From: Gemmatimonadota bacterium | GTDB taxonomy: Bacteria; Gemmatimonadota; Gemmatimonadetes; Palauibacterales; Palauibacteraceae | Assembly: GCA_039589295.1 (NCBI GenBank) | Contig: JBDHHR010000005.1 | Span: 4,919-68,918, forward strand | Length of the DNA stretch: 64,000 nucleotides | Reading direction: 5' to 3' | In this document: piece after piece, positions 27,899 through 36,893 of the stretch | Layout of the letters: every line of letters begins with the position of its first letter | Numbering within the stretch: the first letter of the stretch is position 1 | The notes under the pieces: model-generated | The model's database searches: none | Told to the model about the DNA's origin: nothing | What the model saw: the letters and a program-made list of their open reading frames with translations, nothing else | Program-made: the position numbers and the translations under genes

Positions 27899-29658
27899 GC
27901 CCGGCGGGCGACTTCACAGGAGCGGATGCGGTTGTCCGCGCCCTGGAAGACGAAGCCATTCCGTATGCCTTCGGAATCCCCGGCACTCACAACATCGAGT
28001 TGTACGACCGCCTCGCGTCGGCGGAGGAGGTCGAGCCGGTGCTCGTCACTGACGAGCAGAGCGCGTCGTTCATGGCGGACGGCCTGTGGAGGGCGTCGGG
28101 AAGGCTCGGATGTGTCAATGTCGTTCCCGGGGCGGGCCTGACCCACGCGATGTCGGGCATCGCCGAGGCGTTCATGGACAACGTGCCGATGCTGGTACTC
28201 GGGTGCGGGATCCGGCGGGACATCGGGATGGGCTACCAGCTTCACGACGTGGACCAGCTGGCCATGGCACGGCCGATCACCAAGGGAACATTCCGGCCGA
28301 CCCGCGGGGAGGACATCTATCCGCTCATCCGACGGGCCTGTGCGCTGGCGCGCTCCGGTGCCCCGGGCCCGGTGATGGTCGAGATCCCCGCCAACCTTTA
28401 CCTGCGACCGCGCCACGATCCGGGGGAGGCGCCAGCCGCAGGTCCAACGGGCGTTCCAGGTCCTCCGCCACCGGCCACCTGGGAGCCCGACCTCGAGCGA
28501 GCGGTGGCCCTCCTCCTGCGAACCCCGCGCCCTCTGCTCTACCTCGGCTTCGGAGCGGCCGGCGCCGGCCCGGACCTGGTGAGGCTCGCGGAGCTGCTGG
28601 AGTCGCCCGTTACGACGACGCTTCAAGGCAAGGGCGTGTTTCCCGAATCACATCCTCTGGCCCTGTGGCCGGGATTCGGCGAAGCCGCGCCACGGTTCGC
28701 GCGACGGATCGCGAACGAATGCGGGGCCACTCTGGCCATTGGCTGCCGCTTCAGCGAGGTCGGCACCGGAAGTTACGGCGCCCGACCGCCGGACCCTCTG
28801 GTGCACGTCGATATCGATCCGGCTGTCGTCGGGCGGAACTATCCGGCGGTGGTGGGAGTCGTCGCCGATGCCAGCGCTCTGGTGGCCAAGCTCGTGGAGC
28901 AGCTAGAGGTCGCCGGAAGGGACGCCGGATCGCCGGACCTGGAGCTACGCCGAGCCATTTGTGAGGGACGGGAGCGCGTTCGGGCGGAGGCGCTCCAGCC
29001 GACGGGCGCCGGCGGGGTCACTCCGGCGCGACTGCTGGAGGCGCTGCAGGAGCGACTGGGTCCCGAGGCCGTGTTCGCGACGGACAGCGGCAACGGGACG
29101 TTTCTGGCCGCCGAGTCGCTTCGACTCGAGAGGCCGAACCGTTTCCTGGCTCCGGTCGATTTCTCTTGCATGGGCTACGCGGTGCCGGCCGGTATCGGAG
29201 CTGCCCTCGGGTGCCCGGAAGCGCCGGTGGCCGCCCTGGTGGGCGACGGAGCCTTTCTCATGACGGGCTTGGAGATGCTGACGGCGCGCCAGCTGGGCCT
29301 GCGGGTGGCTTTCCTTGTTCTGCGGGATCGCGAGCTGGCTCAGATCTCGCAGTTCCAGGACACCGTGTTCGCCCGCAGGGTGTGCAGCATGCTGCCCGAC
29401 TACGAGCTGGAGGCGCTGTGTCGGGGGATGGGGCTCGAGTGTCTCGAGCTCGGCGCTGACGAGCACATCGAGAGGGTGGTGGAGACGGTCGGCTGCCGAC
29501 TTGAGGAGGGAACGCCGGTAGCCGTCGACGTGACCATCGACTACTCCCGCAAGACTCACTTCACGAGGGGCGTAGTGCGTACGAACCTCGGCCGCCTCCC
29601 GTGGTCCGACAGGCTCCGGGTAATCGCCCGGGCGGTGGGACGTCGACTCACCGGTTGA
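27895..29658 (+). CDS. Thiamine-pyrophosphate-dependent enzyme (acetolactate synthase / sulfoacetaldehyde acetyltransferase-like)
   Basis: Three-domain TPP enzyme layout: an N-terminal Pyr domain (GIPGTHNIELYD...VTDEQSASFMADG), a middle domain, and a C-terminal PP domain with the LVGDGAFLMTGLE TPP-binding motif. ATGA overlap with the GMC gene. Confidence 0.82.
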   Translation: MSPAGDFTGADAVVRALEDEAIPYAFGIPGTHNIELYDRLASAEEVEPVLVTDEQSASFMADGLWRASGRLGCVNVVPGAGLTHAMSGIAEAFMDNVPMLVLGCGIRRDIGMGYQLHDVDQLAMARPITKGTFRPTRGEDIYPLIRRACALARSGAPGPVMVEIPANLYLRPRHDPGEAPAAGPTGVPGPPPPATWEPDLERAVALLLRTPRPLLYLGFGAAGAGPDLVRLAELLESPVTTTLQGKGVFPESHPLALWPGFGEAAPRFARRIANECGATLAIGCRFSEVGTGSYGARPPDPLVHVDIDPAVVGRNYPAVVGVVADASALVAKLVEQLEVAGRDAGSPDLELRRAICEGRERVRAEALQPTGAGGVTPARLLEALQERLGPEAVFATDSGNGTFLAAESLRLERPNRFLAPVDFSCMGYAVPAGIGAALGCPEAPVAALVGDGAFLMTGLEMLTARQLGLRVAFLVLRDRELAQISQFQDTVFARRVCSMLPDYELEALCRGMGLECLELGADEHIERVVETVGCRLEEGTPVAVDVTIDYSRKTHFTRGVVRTNLGRLPWSDRLRVIARAVGRRLTG

Positions 29659-29744
29659 CGGCTTCGGCGACCCGCTTTACACCGGTCGGAGGCACGTCTA
29701 TTCTGCGACGGTGAAGCTGCACAGACCCTTTCCGGGAGGGTGCC

Positions 29745-30305
29745 TTGAGCTGGTTCCTCATCATCCTGATCGTCCTGGCCGTCGGCGCCATCGTCATGTA
29801 CAACTCGCTGGTCAAGCTGCGGGTGCGGGCCGAGGGCGCGTGGGCGGACGTCGATGTCCAGTTGAAACGGCGCTACGACCTCATTCCCAACATAGTGGAG
29901 ACGGTAAAGGGTTACGCCGGCCACGAAAGGGAAACCCTGGAGGCCGTCGTCGAGGCGAGAAACCGGGCCATGTCGGCATCGGGCCCGGTAGAGAAGGCAC
30001 AGGCCGAAGGCATCCTGACGGGGGCGTTGAAATCCCTCTTCGCTCTGTCCGAGGCTTACCCGCAGCTGCGGGCGGTGGAGAGCTTCACGCAGCTGCAGGG
30101 TACCCTCAACGAGATCGAAACGGCCATTCAGAACGCCCGCCGCTACTACAATGCGGTCGTGCGGGATTACAACACCAAGGTCGACCAGTTCCCATCCAAC
30201 CTCGTCGCCAACGCCTTCCGCTTCCAGAAGGAAGAGTTCTTCGAGCTGGTCGAGGAGGCGGAGCGGGAGGCGCCGAAGGTCAGCTTCGGCGACGAGGCCA
30301 CCTGA
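29745..30305 (+). CDS. lemA: LemA-family protein
   Basis: An N-terminal TM (MSWFLIILIVLAVGAIVMY) is followed by NSLVKLR...VDVQLKRRYDLIPN...EAYPQLRA, the LemA signature. Length is 186 aa. Confidence 0.88.
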   Translation: MSWFLIILIVLAVGAIVMYNSLVKLRVRAEGAWADVDVQLKRRYDLIPNIVETVKGYAGHERETLEAVVEARNRAMSASGPVEKAQAEGILTGALKSLFALSEAYPQLRAVESFTQLQGTLNEIETAIQNARRYYNAVVRDYNTKVDQFPSNLVANAFRFQKEEFFELVEEAEREAPKVSFGDEAT

Positions 30306-32083
30306 AGAAGGGGGCCCTCGCAGCTGTTGCCTCGCTTGGCCTCGCCGGCCTTCTTCCGGCAGCCGCGGGTGGGGCTTACCCAGCGCGCTCCTGGGTGATA
30401 GAGAGCTTTCACAGCGACATCCGGGTGTACCGAAGCGGAACCGTCGACGTAGCCGAGACGATCAGGGTGCGGTTCACCGGGTCTTACAACGGGATCTTCC
30501 GCGAGATACCGGTCCAGTACCGCACCCGAGCCGACCTCAACTACACGCTGCGGCTAGAGGTGCAGGGCGTCGAGGACGGGAGCGGGAGGCCGCTTCGTCA
30601 CGAGGTGAGCCGGTCGGGTCATTACCGGAAGATCAAGATCTGGGTGCCCGGCGCCAGCGATACCACGCGTACCGTCGTGATCCGGTACCGTGCGCGCAAC
30701 GCCCTGCGCTTCTTCGAGGAAGACGACGTCGAGTGGGATGAGCTGTACTGGAATGTGACCGGAGACGAGTGGCCGGTAAGCATCGAGGCGAGCGGCGCCC
30801 GCGTCCGGCTTCCGGCGATCGTGACCGGCGTACGTGCCAGGGCCTTCACAGGCGCGTACGGCTCGGCTGAGGAAGCAGTCGAGGTTACCGCTCGCGACCA
30901 CGTAGTCGAAGTGCGATCGCGCCGTGGGCTGGGGATCCACGAGGGACTGACCATCGCCGTGGCCTGGGACTCGTGGACGAGCGGCGCGGAACCCGAACAT
31001 GTGATCCGCAGGCCCTCCATGGCCAGGAAGATCGGCTGGTTCCTGGGCGCCAACTGGCCCCTGTTGCTGCCGGTCCTGGCCTTCCTGGTGATGTACCGGG
31101 TGTGGTCAGCCAGCGGACGTGACCCCGAGCGGCGGCCTGTCGCGGCCCGGTACGAGCCGCCGGATGGCATGACGCCTTCCGAAGTCGGGGTTCTCGTGGA
31201 CAACCGGCCCGATATGCGCGATGTCACGGCGATGATCGTCGACCTGGCGGTCCGAGGCTATCTGATCATCGAGGAAACGGAGGAGGAGAAGCTCTTCGGG
31301 TTGATCAAGGAGAAGGACTACGTGTTCGAGCTCCAGCGGGATCGCTCTCAGTGGCAGGATCTCAAGCGCCACGAGGTCCGGTTGCTCGACGGCATGTTCT
31401 CGGGCTTCAAGGGTGAGCGAGTCCCGACCTCGGACCTGGAGAACAGCTTCTACAAGGAGCTCCCAGGAATCAAGAAAGGGATCTTTCAGGAGCTGATGGG
31501 AAGTCGCCACTACCGCAAGCGACCGGACAAGGTGATGCAGCGGTGGATAGGGTTCGGTGTAGTCCTGGCGCCGATCATCATCGTTCCCGGAACCTTCATG
31601 GCCGCCGGGGCAGGCACATCTCAGGTACCCGTGGTCCTCGCGGGGATTCTGAGCGCTGCCGTGGTCATCGGCTTCGGGATAGTGATGCCGGCACGGACCA
31701 TCTCGGGCACGCGTGTCCTGGAGGAGGTGCTGGGTTTCGAAGAGTTCCTGCAACGTGTGGAATCCGACCGTTACAGGCGAATGGTCACCGGACCGGAGAT
31801 GTTCGAGCGCTTCCTACCGTACGCCATGGCCCTCGGGGTCGAGAAGACATGGGCCGACGCTTTCGCGGGCGTCTACACGGAAGCGCCCGCCTGGTACCGG
31901 GGCACGACCTACCACGGTTTCCACCCGACCAGCTTCGTAGGCGACCTGTCCGGGATGACCGGCAGGGCGACGGCCGCGATGTCATCCTCTCCGAGGAGCT
32001 CGGGAGGATCCGGGTTCGGCGGCGGAGGGGGCGGAGGCTTCTCCGGCGGTGGTTTCGGCGGGGGCGGGGGCGGGGCGTTCTGA
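30302..32083 (+). CDS. DUF2207-domain membrane protein with Gly-rich C-terminus (LemA partner)
   Basis: A signal-peptide-like N-terminus (KKGALAAVASLGLAGLLPAAAGG) is followed by a large extracytoplasmic domain, TM helices (WPLLLPVLAFLVMY, GFGVVLAPIIIVPGTFMAAG, AGILSAAVVIGFGIVM) and a C-terminal GGSGFGGGGGGGFSGGGFGGGGGGAF tail. LemA/DUF2207 gene pairs are a well-known conserved duo. The start codon is uncertain: the only in-frame candidate immediately after the lemA stop is CTG at 30302. The track ORF begins at 29711 but overlaps lemA. Confidence 0.75.
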   Translation: MKKGALAAVASLGLAGLLPAAAGGAYPARSWVIESFHSDIRVYRSGTVDVAETIRVRFTGSYNGIFREIPVQYRTRADLNYTLRLEVQGVEDGSGRPLRHEVSRSGHYRKIKIWVPGASDTTRTVVIRYRARNALRFFEEDDVEWDELYWNVTGDEWPVSIEASGARVRLPAIVTGVRARAFTGAYGSAEEAVEVTARDHVVEVRSRRGLGIHEGLTIAVAWDSWTSGAEPEHVIRRPSMARKIGWFLGANWPLLLPVLAFLVMYRVWSASGRDPERRPVAARYEPPDGMTPSEVGVLVDNRPDMRDVTAMIVDLAVRGYLIIEETEEEKLFGLIKEKDYVFELQRDRSQWQDLKRHEVRLLDGMFSGFKGERVPTSDLENSFYKELPGIKKGIFQELMGSRHYRKRPDKVMQRWIGFGVVLAPIIIVPGTFMAAGAGTSQVPVVLAGILSAAVVIGFGIVMPARTISGTRVLEEVLGFEEFLQRVESDRYRRMVTGPEMFERFLPYAMALGVEKTWADAFAGVYTEAPAWYRGTTYHGFHPTSFVGDLSGMTGRATAAMSSSPRSSGGSGFGGGGGGGFSGGGFGGGGGGAF

Positions 32084-32144
32084 GAACGCGAGCCGGACGC
32101 GCCGTTGACGGTCAAGTGTCTTCAACCGCTCAACAAGCGGAGGA

Positions 32145-32618
32145 ATGAGCATGTCACTCATGGTTGGCGATAGGGCGCCGGGGTTCACGCTGCCCAGCGA
32201 ACCCGGCAATCAAGTCGATGTCGGAGCGCTGATCGGCAAGGAGAAAGTAGTGCTTCTCTTCTTCCCCCTCGCATTCAGCCCGGTGTGCACAACGGAGATG
32301 TGCACGATCGGCGGCGCCTGGGGGGAGTGGAGCGAGCTGCAGGCGAACGTGTTCGCGATCTCGGTCGACAGCCCGTTCGTCACCGAAAAGTTCCGAACGG
32401 AGGAGAACATCCCCTTCCTCATTCTCTCGGATTTCAACCGACGGGTGGCCAGTCAGTACGACGTCCTCTGCCGGAGCCTATCCGGCCTGGAGGGCGTCGC
32501 CAAGCGCTCGGTCTTCGTTATCGACGAAACAGGCACGATCGTGTACAGCTGGGTTACCGAGGATCCGGGTGTCGAGCCGGATTATGAGGCGGTCAAGGCA
32601 GCGGTGAGGTCTTCATGA
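32145..32618 (+). CDS. Peroxiredoxin (AhpC/TSA / redoxin family)
   Basis: Contains VLLFFPLAFSPVCTTE with the peroxidatic Cys in a PVCT context. Length is 157 aa. A GGAGGA RBS lies upstream. Confidence 0.85.
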   Translation: MSMSLMVGDRAPGFTLPSEPGNQVDVGALIGKEKVVLLFFPLAFSPVCTTEMCTIGGAWGEWSELQANVFAISVDSPFVTEKFRTEENIPFLILSDFNRRVASQYDVLCRSLSGLEGVAKRSVFVIDETGTIVYSWVTEDPGVEPDYEAVKAAVRSS

Positions 32619-33970
32619 GGCGAGTGACATGGGAGTCGGACGGGCGTGGCACACTCCGGGGGCTGACCTTGTCGGTCGCGGGCCTGGCGCTGGGACTACT
32701 GCTCGCCTCGGAAGCGCGAGCCCAGCGCGCCGATGAAGGCGGGTCCATCGCCGGCACGGTCGCCGTGGCGGCGGAACGATACCGGCAAGACGTCGGGTGG
32801 CTGGCAGCGGACGAACGGGAGGGCCGCGGCCTTGGTTCCGATGGTCTCGCGCAGGCCGGAGCCTGGCTCGAGGCCCGTTTCGAGGCCATCGGTCTGGAGC
32901 CTGCGGGCCGGGACGGCGGCTACCGGTACGTATTCGCCGTGCCGGTCAGCGGATCGAAGGACAATCCGCATGCGGAGCCAAGGTGGCACTACGCCTTCAA
33001 CGTGGTGGGCAGGGTGTCGGGGGAAGCGCCCGACAGGCTTCCGGGAGCGGTCGTCATCGGGGCCCACTACGATCATCTGGGGTACGGCGGCGAGGGCTCA
33101 CTGGAACCGGACGTCAGAGCGATCCACAACGGAGCCGATGACAACGGGTCGGGAACTGCGGCCCTGCTGGAAGTAAGTCGTGTTCTGGAAGCACGACGAC
33201 ACGAACTCCGGAGAGACGTTTATCTCATAGCGTTCTCGGCCGAGGAGAGGGGACTGATAGGCTCGCGGGCCTTCGTGCGCTCTCCGTCCGGAGTCGGATC
33301 GATCGAGGATGTGGTGGCCATGCTGAACATGGACATGGTGGGGAGGCTGCGCGACGAACGGCTGCAGGTGCTCGGCGGTGACTCCGCGGAAGAATGGAAG
33401 GACCTGGTCGCGCCCTTGTGCGGGCGCTACGGGCTCGAGTGCGTAATCGGCGGGGACGGCTTCGGATCGTCGGACCAGAGCGCCTTCTTCGAGGTAGACA
33501 TCCCGGTTCTGCACTTCTTCACGGGCGCCCACGAGGACTACCATCGCCCGGGCGACGACGCCCGCTCGATCGATGCCGAGGGAGCGGTGCGCATCGCCTG
33601 GCTGGTCTCGGATGCGGCGACCGAGCTCGCCTCACGTGAAGCGGGTCTGACTCTGGTGAAGACCGCCGAGGCTCCGCCGCCACGTCGCATGGGAGGACGC
33701 GCCCGGCTCGGGACCATTCCCGACTACGCGGGCTCGCCGGAGGGGAAGCCGGGCCTGCTTCTCTCTGCCGTGCGGCCGGGCAGCCCGGCCGAGCAGGGCG
33801 GGCTGCGGAGGGGAGACCTCATAGTCCAGATCGACGACATGGAAATCCGCGACATCAACGACTTCATGACCGTTCTGCAGGAAGCGGAGCCGGGCCAGAC
33901 GGCCGCGGTCGTCGTCGTGCGCGACGAGGAGCGGGTGGAGCTACAGGTAACCTATGGGTCCCGGGAGTAG
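32615..33970 (+). CDS. M28-family aminopeptidase with C-terminal PDZ domain, secreted
   Basis: A signal peptide is followed by the M28 metal ligands (HYDHLGYG, NGADDNGSGTAALLE, FSAEERGLIGS, NMDMVG, HEDYHRPGDD) and a C-terminal PDZ (GLLLSAVRPGSPAEQGGLRRGDLIVQIDD). ATGA-coupled to the upstream peroxiredoxin. Confidence 0.82.
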   Translation: MRRVTWESDGRGTLRGLTLSVAGLALGLLLASEARAQRADEGGSIAGTVAVAAERYRQDVGWLAADEREGRGLGSDGLAQAGAWLEARFEAIGLEPAGRDGGYRYVFAVPVSGSKDNPHAEPRWHYAFNVVGRVSGEAPDRLPGAVVIGAHYDHLGYGGEGSLEPDVRAIHNGADDNGSGTAALLEVSRVLEARRHELRRDVYLIAFSAEERGLIGSRAFVRSPSGVGSIEDVVAMLNMDMVGRLRDERLQVLGGDSAEEWKDLVAPLCGRYGLECVIGGDGFGSSDQSAFFEVDIPVLHFFTGAHEDYHRPGDDARSIDAEGAVRIAWLVSDAATELASREAGLTLVKTAEAPPPRRMGGRARLGTIPDYAGSPEGKPGLLLSAVRPGSPAEQGGLRRGDLIVQIDDMEIRDINDFMTVLQEAEPGQTAAVVVVRDEERVELQVTYGSRE

Positions 33971-33974
33971 TACC

Positions 33975-34898
33975 ATGCTCCAACTGCAGAGGATCCTGCT
34001 CCCGACCGACTTCTCCCCGTTGGCCGACGTGGCGCTGGACACGGCCCTCAAGGTGGCGGAGAAGCACCGGGCGACTCTGCACATGCTCCACGCGGTGGTG
34101 TTGCACGCCGATGATCCGAACGACCCGGCGCACCATTTCCCAGACGCCGAGGAGGTGCGGCAGCGGCTCGAGGAAATAGCGGAGAGCCGCATGTCTAGCC
34201 GACTGGAGGAGCGAGAGGCGACAGACATCGAGGTAGTGCGGGCGCAGCGCAGGGGCATATCGGCGGCACCGACGATCCTGGAGTACGCGGAGGAAGTGGA
34301 CGCCGACCTCGTCGTCATGAGCACTCACGGACGGCGAGGTCTCGGGCACGCACTCCTTGGAAGCGTGACCGAGGAGGTCGTACGCCTTTCCCGGGCCCCC
34401 GTTCTCACGATTCGAGGCCACTCGGGAGACGTGCCGGTGCCTCCGCTCACGGACGTACTGGTTCCGGTGGACTTCTCCGCGCATGCCCGGCAGGCAGTCT
34501 CGCATGCCAAAGAGATCTGCGCCGCCTACGGAGCCCGGCTGAACGTGCTGCACGTCTTCGAGCGTCCGATCCACCCGGAGATCTACATCGGTGACGCGAC
34601 CCTGGACTTCCCCGGTTTCAAGGCGGTGGAGGGAAACGTCAGGGAGGCGCTCGACGCCTTCGCCAGCGAGGCGCCCGGTCCCGAAGCGGAGCTCACGGTG
34701 CACCTGCGGGAGGGTCACGCGGTGACTGGCATACTCGAGCTCGCGAGCGAACTCGAGTGCGGCCTTCTGGTCATCGCTACGCATGGCCTGACAGGGGTAG
34801 CGCACATGCTTCTGGGCAGCGTTACGGAGAAGGTGGTCAGAAGGGCGACCTGCCCCGTACTCACGGTCAAGGCGTTCGGCAAGTCGTTGGTAGCATGA
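33975..34898 (+). CDS. Universal stress protein with tandem UspA domains
   Basis: Two Usp repeats each end in a ...LLGSVTE.VVR....PVLTV motif (HALLGSVTEEVVRLSRAPVLTIR and HMLLGSVTEKVVRRATCPVLTVK). Confidence 0.85.
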   Translation: MLQLQRILLPTDFSPLADVALDTALKVAEKHRATLHMLHAVVLHADDPNDPAHHFPDAEEVRQRLEEIAESRMSSRLEEREATDIEVVRAQRRGISAAPTILEYAEEVDADLVVMSTHGRRGLGHALLGSVTEEVVRLSRAPVLTIRGHSGDVPVPPLTDVLVPVDFSAHARQAVSHAKEICAAYGARLNVLHVFERPIHPEIYIGDATLDFPGFKAVEGNVREALDAFASEAPGPEAELTVHLREGHAVTGILELASELECGLLVIATHGLTGVAHMLLGSVTEKVVRRATCPVLTVKAFGKSLVA

Positions 34899-36487
34899 AC
34901 GATGACAAGCCTGGTCAGGTGAGCGGTCTGGGGTACCTGTACGAAGGCACCCGGGCCATCGGGCTGCAGGGAAGCCTCACCGAACTCCTGCGGGAGGTGG
35001 TGAACCGGGCACAGCGGCTGATCGGGTTCGAGCATTGCGCCCTTATGCTCCTGGACGAGCGGACGGAGCGACTCACGATAGAGTACCTGAAGGGCTACGG
35101 AGACCGGGCGGATGCGATGCGCGGGATCTCCCTGGGACTGGGAGAGGGAATCTCGGGCTGGGCGGCGCTGCACCGGCAGTCGGTCCGGGTCGGTGACGTC
35201 TCCCTTGACCCGCGCTACCGGGAAGGGCTGGCCGAGGCGCGATCGAACCTGGCTGTGCCGCTCATAGTCGGCAACCAGGTGGCCGGTGTCATCAACGTCG
35301 AATCCGAGCGGCCGGACGCCTTCACCGCCGAGCACGAGATGTTCCTGACCGTCCTGGGCGCTCAGGCCGCCTTGGCGATCCTGGCCTTTCGCACCCGCGT
35401 GGCGCTGAAGCAGCGACTCGACCAGCTGGGCGCTCTGTACAGGATCAGCAGCCTTGCCAGCGAGGGTGGCAACCTAGGCGTCACGCTCAATTCCATGCTC
35501 GAGATAGCCGGCGAGGTCATCCCGCAGGGTCAGTCGGCAGTTCTACTGATCGACGAGGAGAGAGGGGTTCTTCGGGTGGAAGCGGGGCAGGGCTACGGGG
35601 TCGCCGCGCGGTATCTGGAGATCCCGCTGGGGCACGGGGTGACCGGACGGTGTGCCCAGACCGGCGAGACTCAGGTGGTAAGCGATATTCGTGAGCTCGC
35701 GGAGGATGAGTACATCCCTGGAGTCCCCGGCGCCAGAAGCGAGGTCGCCGTCCCGCTGATCGCCGACGGCGGCATCATCGGCGTGCTGAACGCGGAGGCG
35801 GTGGAACCCGATGCCTTCGGCCGGGAGGACATCCAGACGCTGACGGTGATCGCACGTCAGGCCGCCCAGGTCATACGAAGCGAGCAGCTTCTGCAGGAGA
35901 CCCGACGGCTGGCCATCATGGACTCGCTCACCGGCCTCCACAACAGGCGGCACTTCACGCAGCAGCTGGACGAAGCTGTGGTCCGGGCCCGGCGATACGG
36001 CGAGCGTCTGGCGTTGTTCTTACTGGACCTGGACCACTTCAAGTCCGTGAACGACCGGTTCGGGCACCAGGTGGGCGACCGCTGCCTCCAGCTCGTCGCC
36101 GACGTTCTGCAAGAGGCGGTGCGGGAGAGTGATCACACGGCGCGAATCGGAGGGGAGGAGTTCGCGATCCTGCTGCTCAAGCCGGGCCGTGAGCTGGCTC
36201 TCACCATCGCCGAGCGACTGCGGGATCGCATTCAGGGCCTGGTCCTCAGCGAAGACCCGACTCTGCCCTTCGGTCTGACCGCGTCCATTGGAATCGCCTT
36301 CTTCCCCGACGAGGGTGAAGACCCCAAGTCGCTCATGCGGCTGGCGGACCTGGCGCTCTACGCGGCCAAACAAATGGGGCGCAACCAGGTGGCGCTTGTT
36401 CCCGGCGGGGGAAAGGAGCGAACGATGGTGGCCGGCGATCAGCGCGACGACGACCCGGGCGCCGGAACGACGCCTGCGGACTCGTGA
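34895..36487 (+). CDS. GAF-GAF-GGDEF diguanylate cyclase
   Basis: Two GAF-like sensor domains are followed by a canonical GGDEF domain (LTGLHNRRHF, LFLLDLDHFKSVNDRFGHQVGD, RIGGEEFAILL). The ATG at 34895 overlaps the Usp stop (ATGA). Confidence 0.88.
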   Translation: MNDDKPGQVSGLGYLYEGTRAIGLQGSLTELLREVVNRAQRLIGFEHCALMLLDERTERLTIEYLKGYGDRADAMRGISLGLGEGISGWAALHRQSVRVGDVSLDPRYREGLAEARSNLAVPLIVGNQVAGVINVESERPDAFTAEHEMFLTVLGAQAALAILAFRTRVALKQRLDQLGALYRISSLASEGGNLGVTLNSMLEIAGEVIPQGQSAVLLIDEERGVLRVEAGQGYGVAARYLEIPLGHGVTGRCAQTGETQVVSDIRELAEDEYIPGVPGARSEVAVPLIADGGIIGVLNAEAVEPDAFGREDIQTLTVIARQAAQVIRSEQLLQETRRLAIMDSLTGLHNRRHFTQQLDEAVVRARRYGERLALFLLDLDHFKSVNDRFGHQVGDRCLQLVADVLQEAVRESDHTARIGGEEFAILLLKPGRELALTIAERLRDRIQGLVLSEDPTLPFGLTASIGIAFFPDEGEDPKSLMRLADLALYAAKQMGRNQVALVPGGGKERTMVAGDQRDDDPGAGTTPADS

Positions 36488-36554
36488 GCGAGAGTGAGGT
36501 CGAGAAGTCAGGCAGCGGCACGCCGGGCTTCCGGCAGCGCGGAAGGAGGAAGTC

Positions 36555-36887
36555 TTGAGCGAGGGAAGACTGGCGGACGGACACTGCGTACCGTGCCGCG
36601 GCGGCGTCCCTCCGCTGCACGGGTCGGAGCTCGCTGAGCTCCACGACGAGCTCGGGGGTGGCTGGGACGTCGTTGACGGGCACCACCTCGTGAAGAGTTT
36701 CGACTTCCGCGACTTCCGCGCCGCGCTCGACTTCACGAACCGGGTGGGCGAACTGGCGGAGCAGGAAGGACACCACCCGGACATTGCACTCACCTGGGGG
36801 AAGGTCCGCATCGAGATCTGGACGCACAAGATAGACGGCCTCACCGAGAGCGATTTCATCCTCGCTGCGAAGATCGACAGGCTGTAG
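36555..36887 (+). CDS. phhB: 4a-hydroxytetrahydrobiopterin (pterin-4a-carbinolamine) dehydratase
   Basis: The 110-aa protein carries the PCD motif EGHHPDIALTWGKVRIEIWTHKIDGLTESDFILAAKID. Confidence 0.88.
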   Translation: MSEGRLADGHCVPCRGGVPPLHGSELAELHDELGGGWDVVDGHHLVKSFDFRDFRAALDFTNRVGELAEQEGHHPDIALTWGKVRIEIWTHKIDGLTESDFILAAKIDRL

Positions 36888-36893
36888 AGGTCG

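Noticed and set aside
31990-32083. GGC/GGG-rich repetitive DNA resembling a short tandem array
   Set aside because: It encodes the Gly-rich C-terminal tail (GGGGGGFSGGGFGGGGGG) characteristic of DUF2207 proteins. It is a coding low-complexity region, not a CRISPR or other intergenic repeat array. No CRISPR-like spaced repeats were found anywhere in the window.
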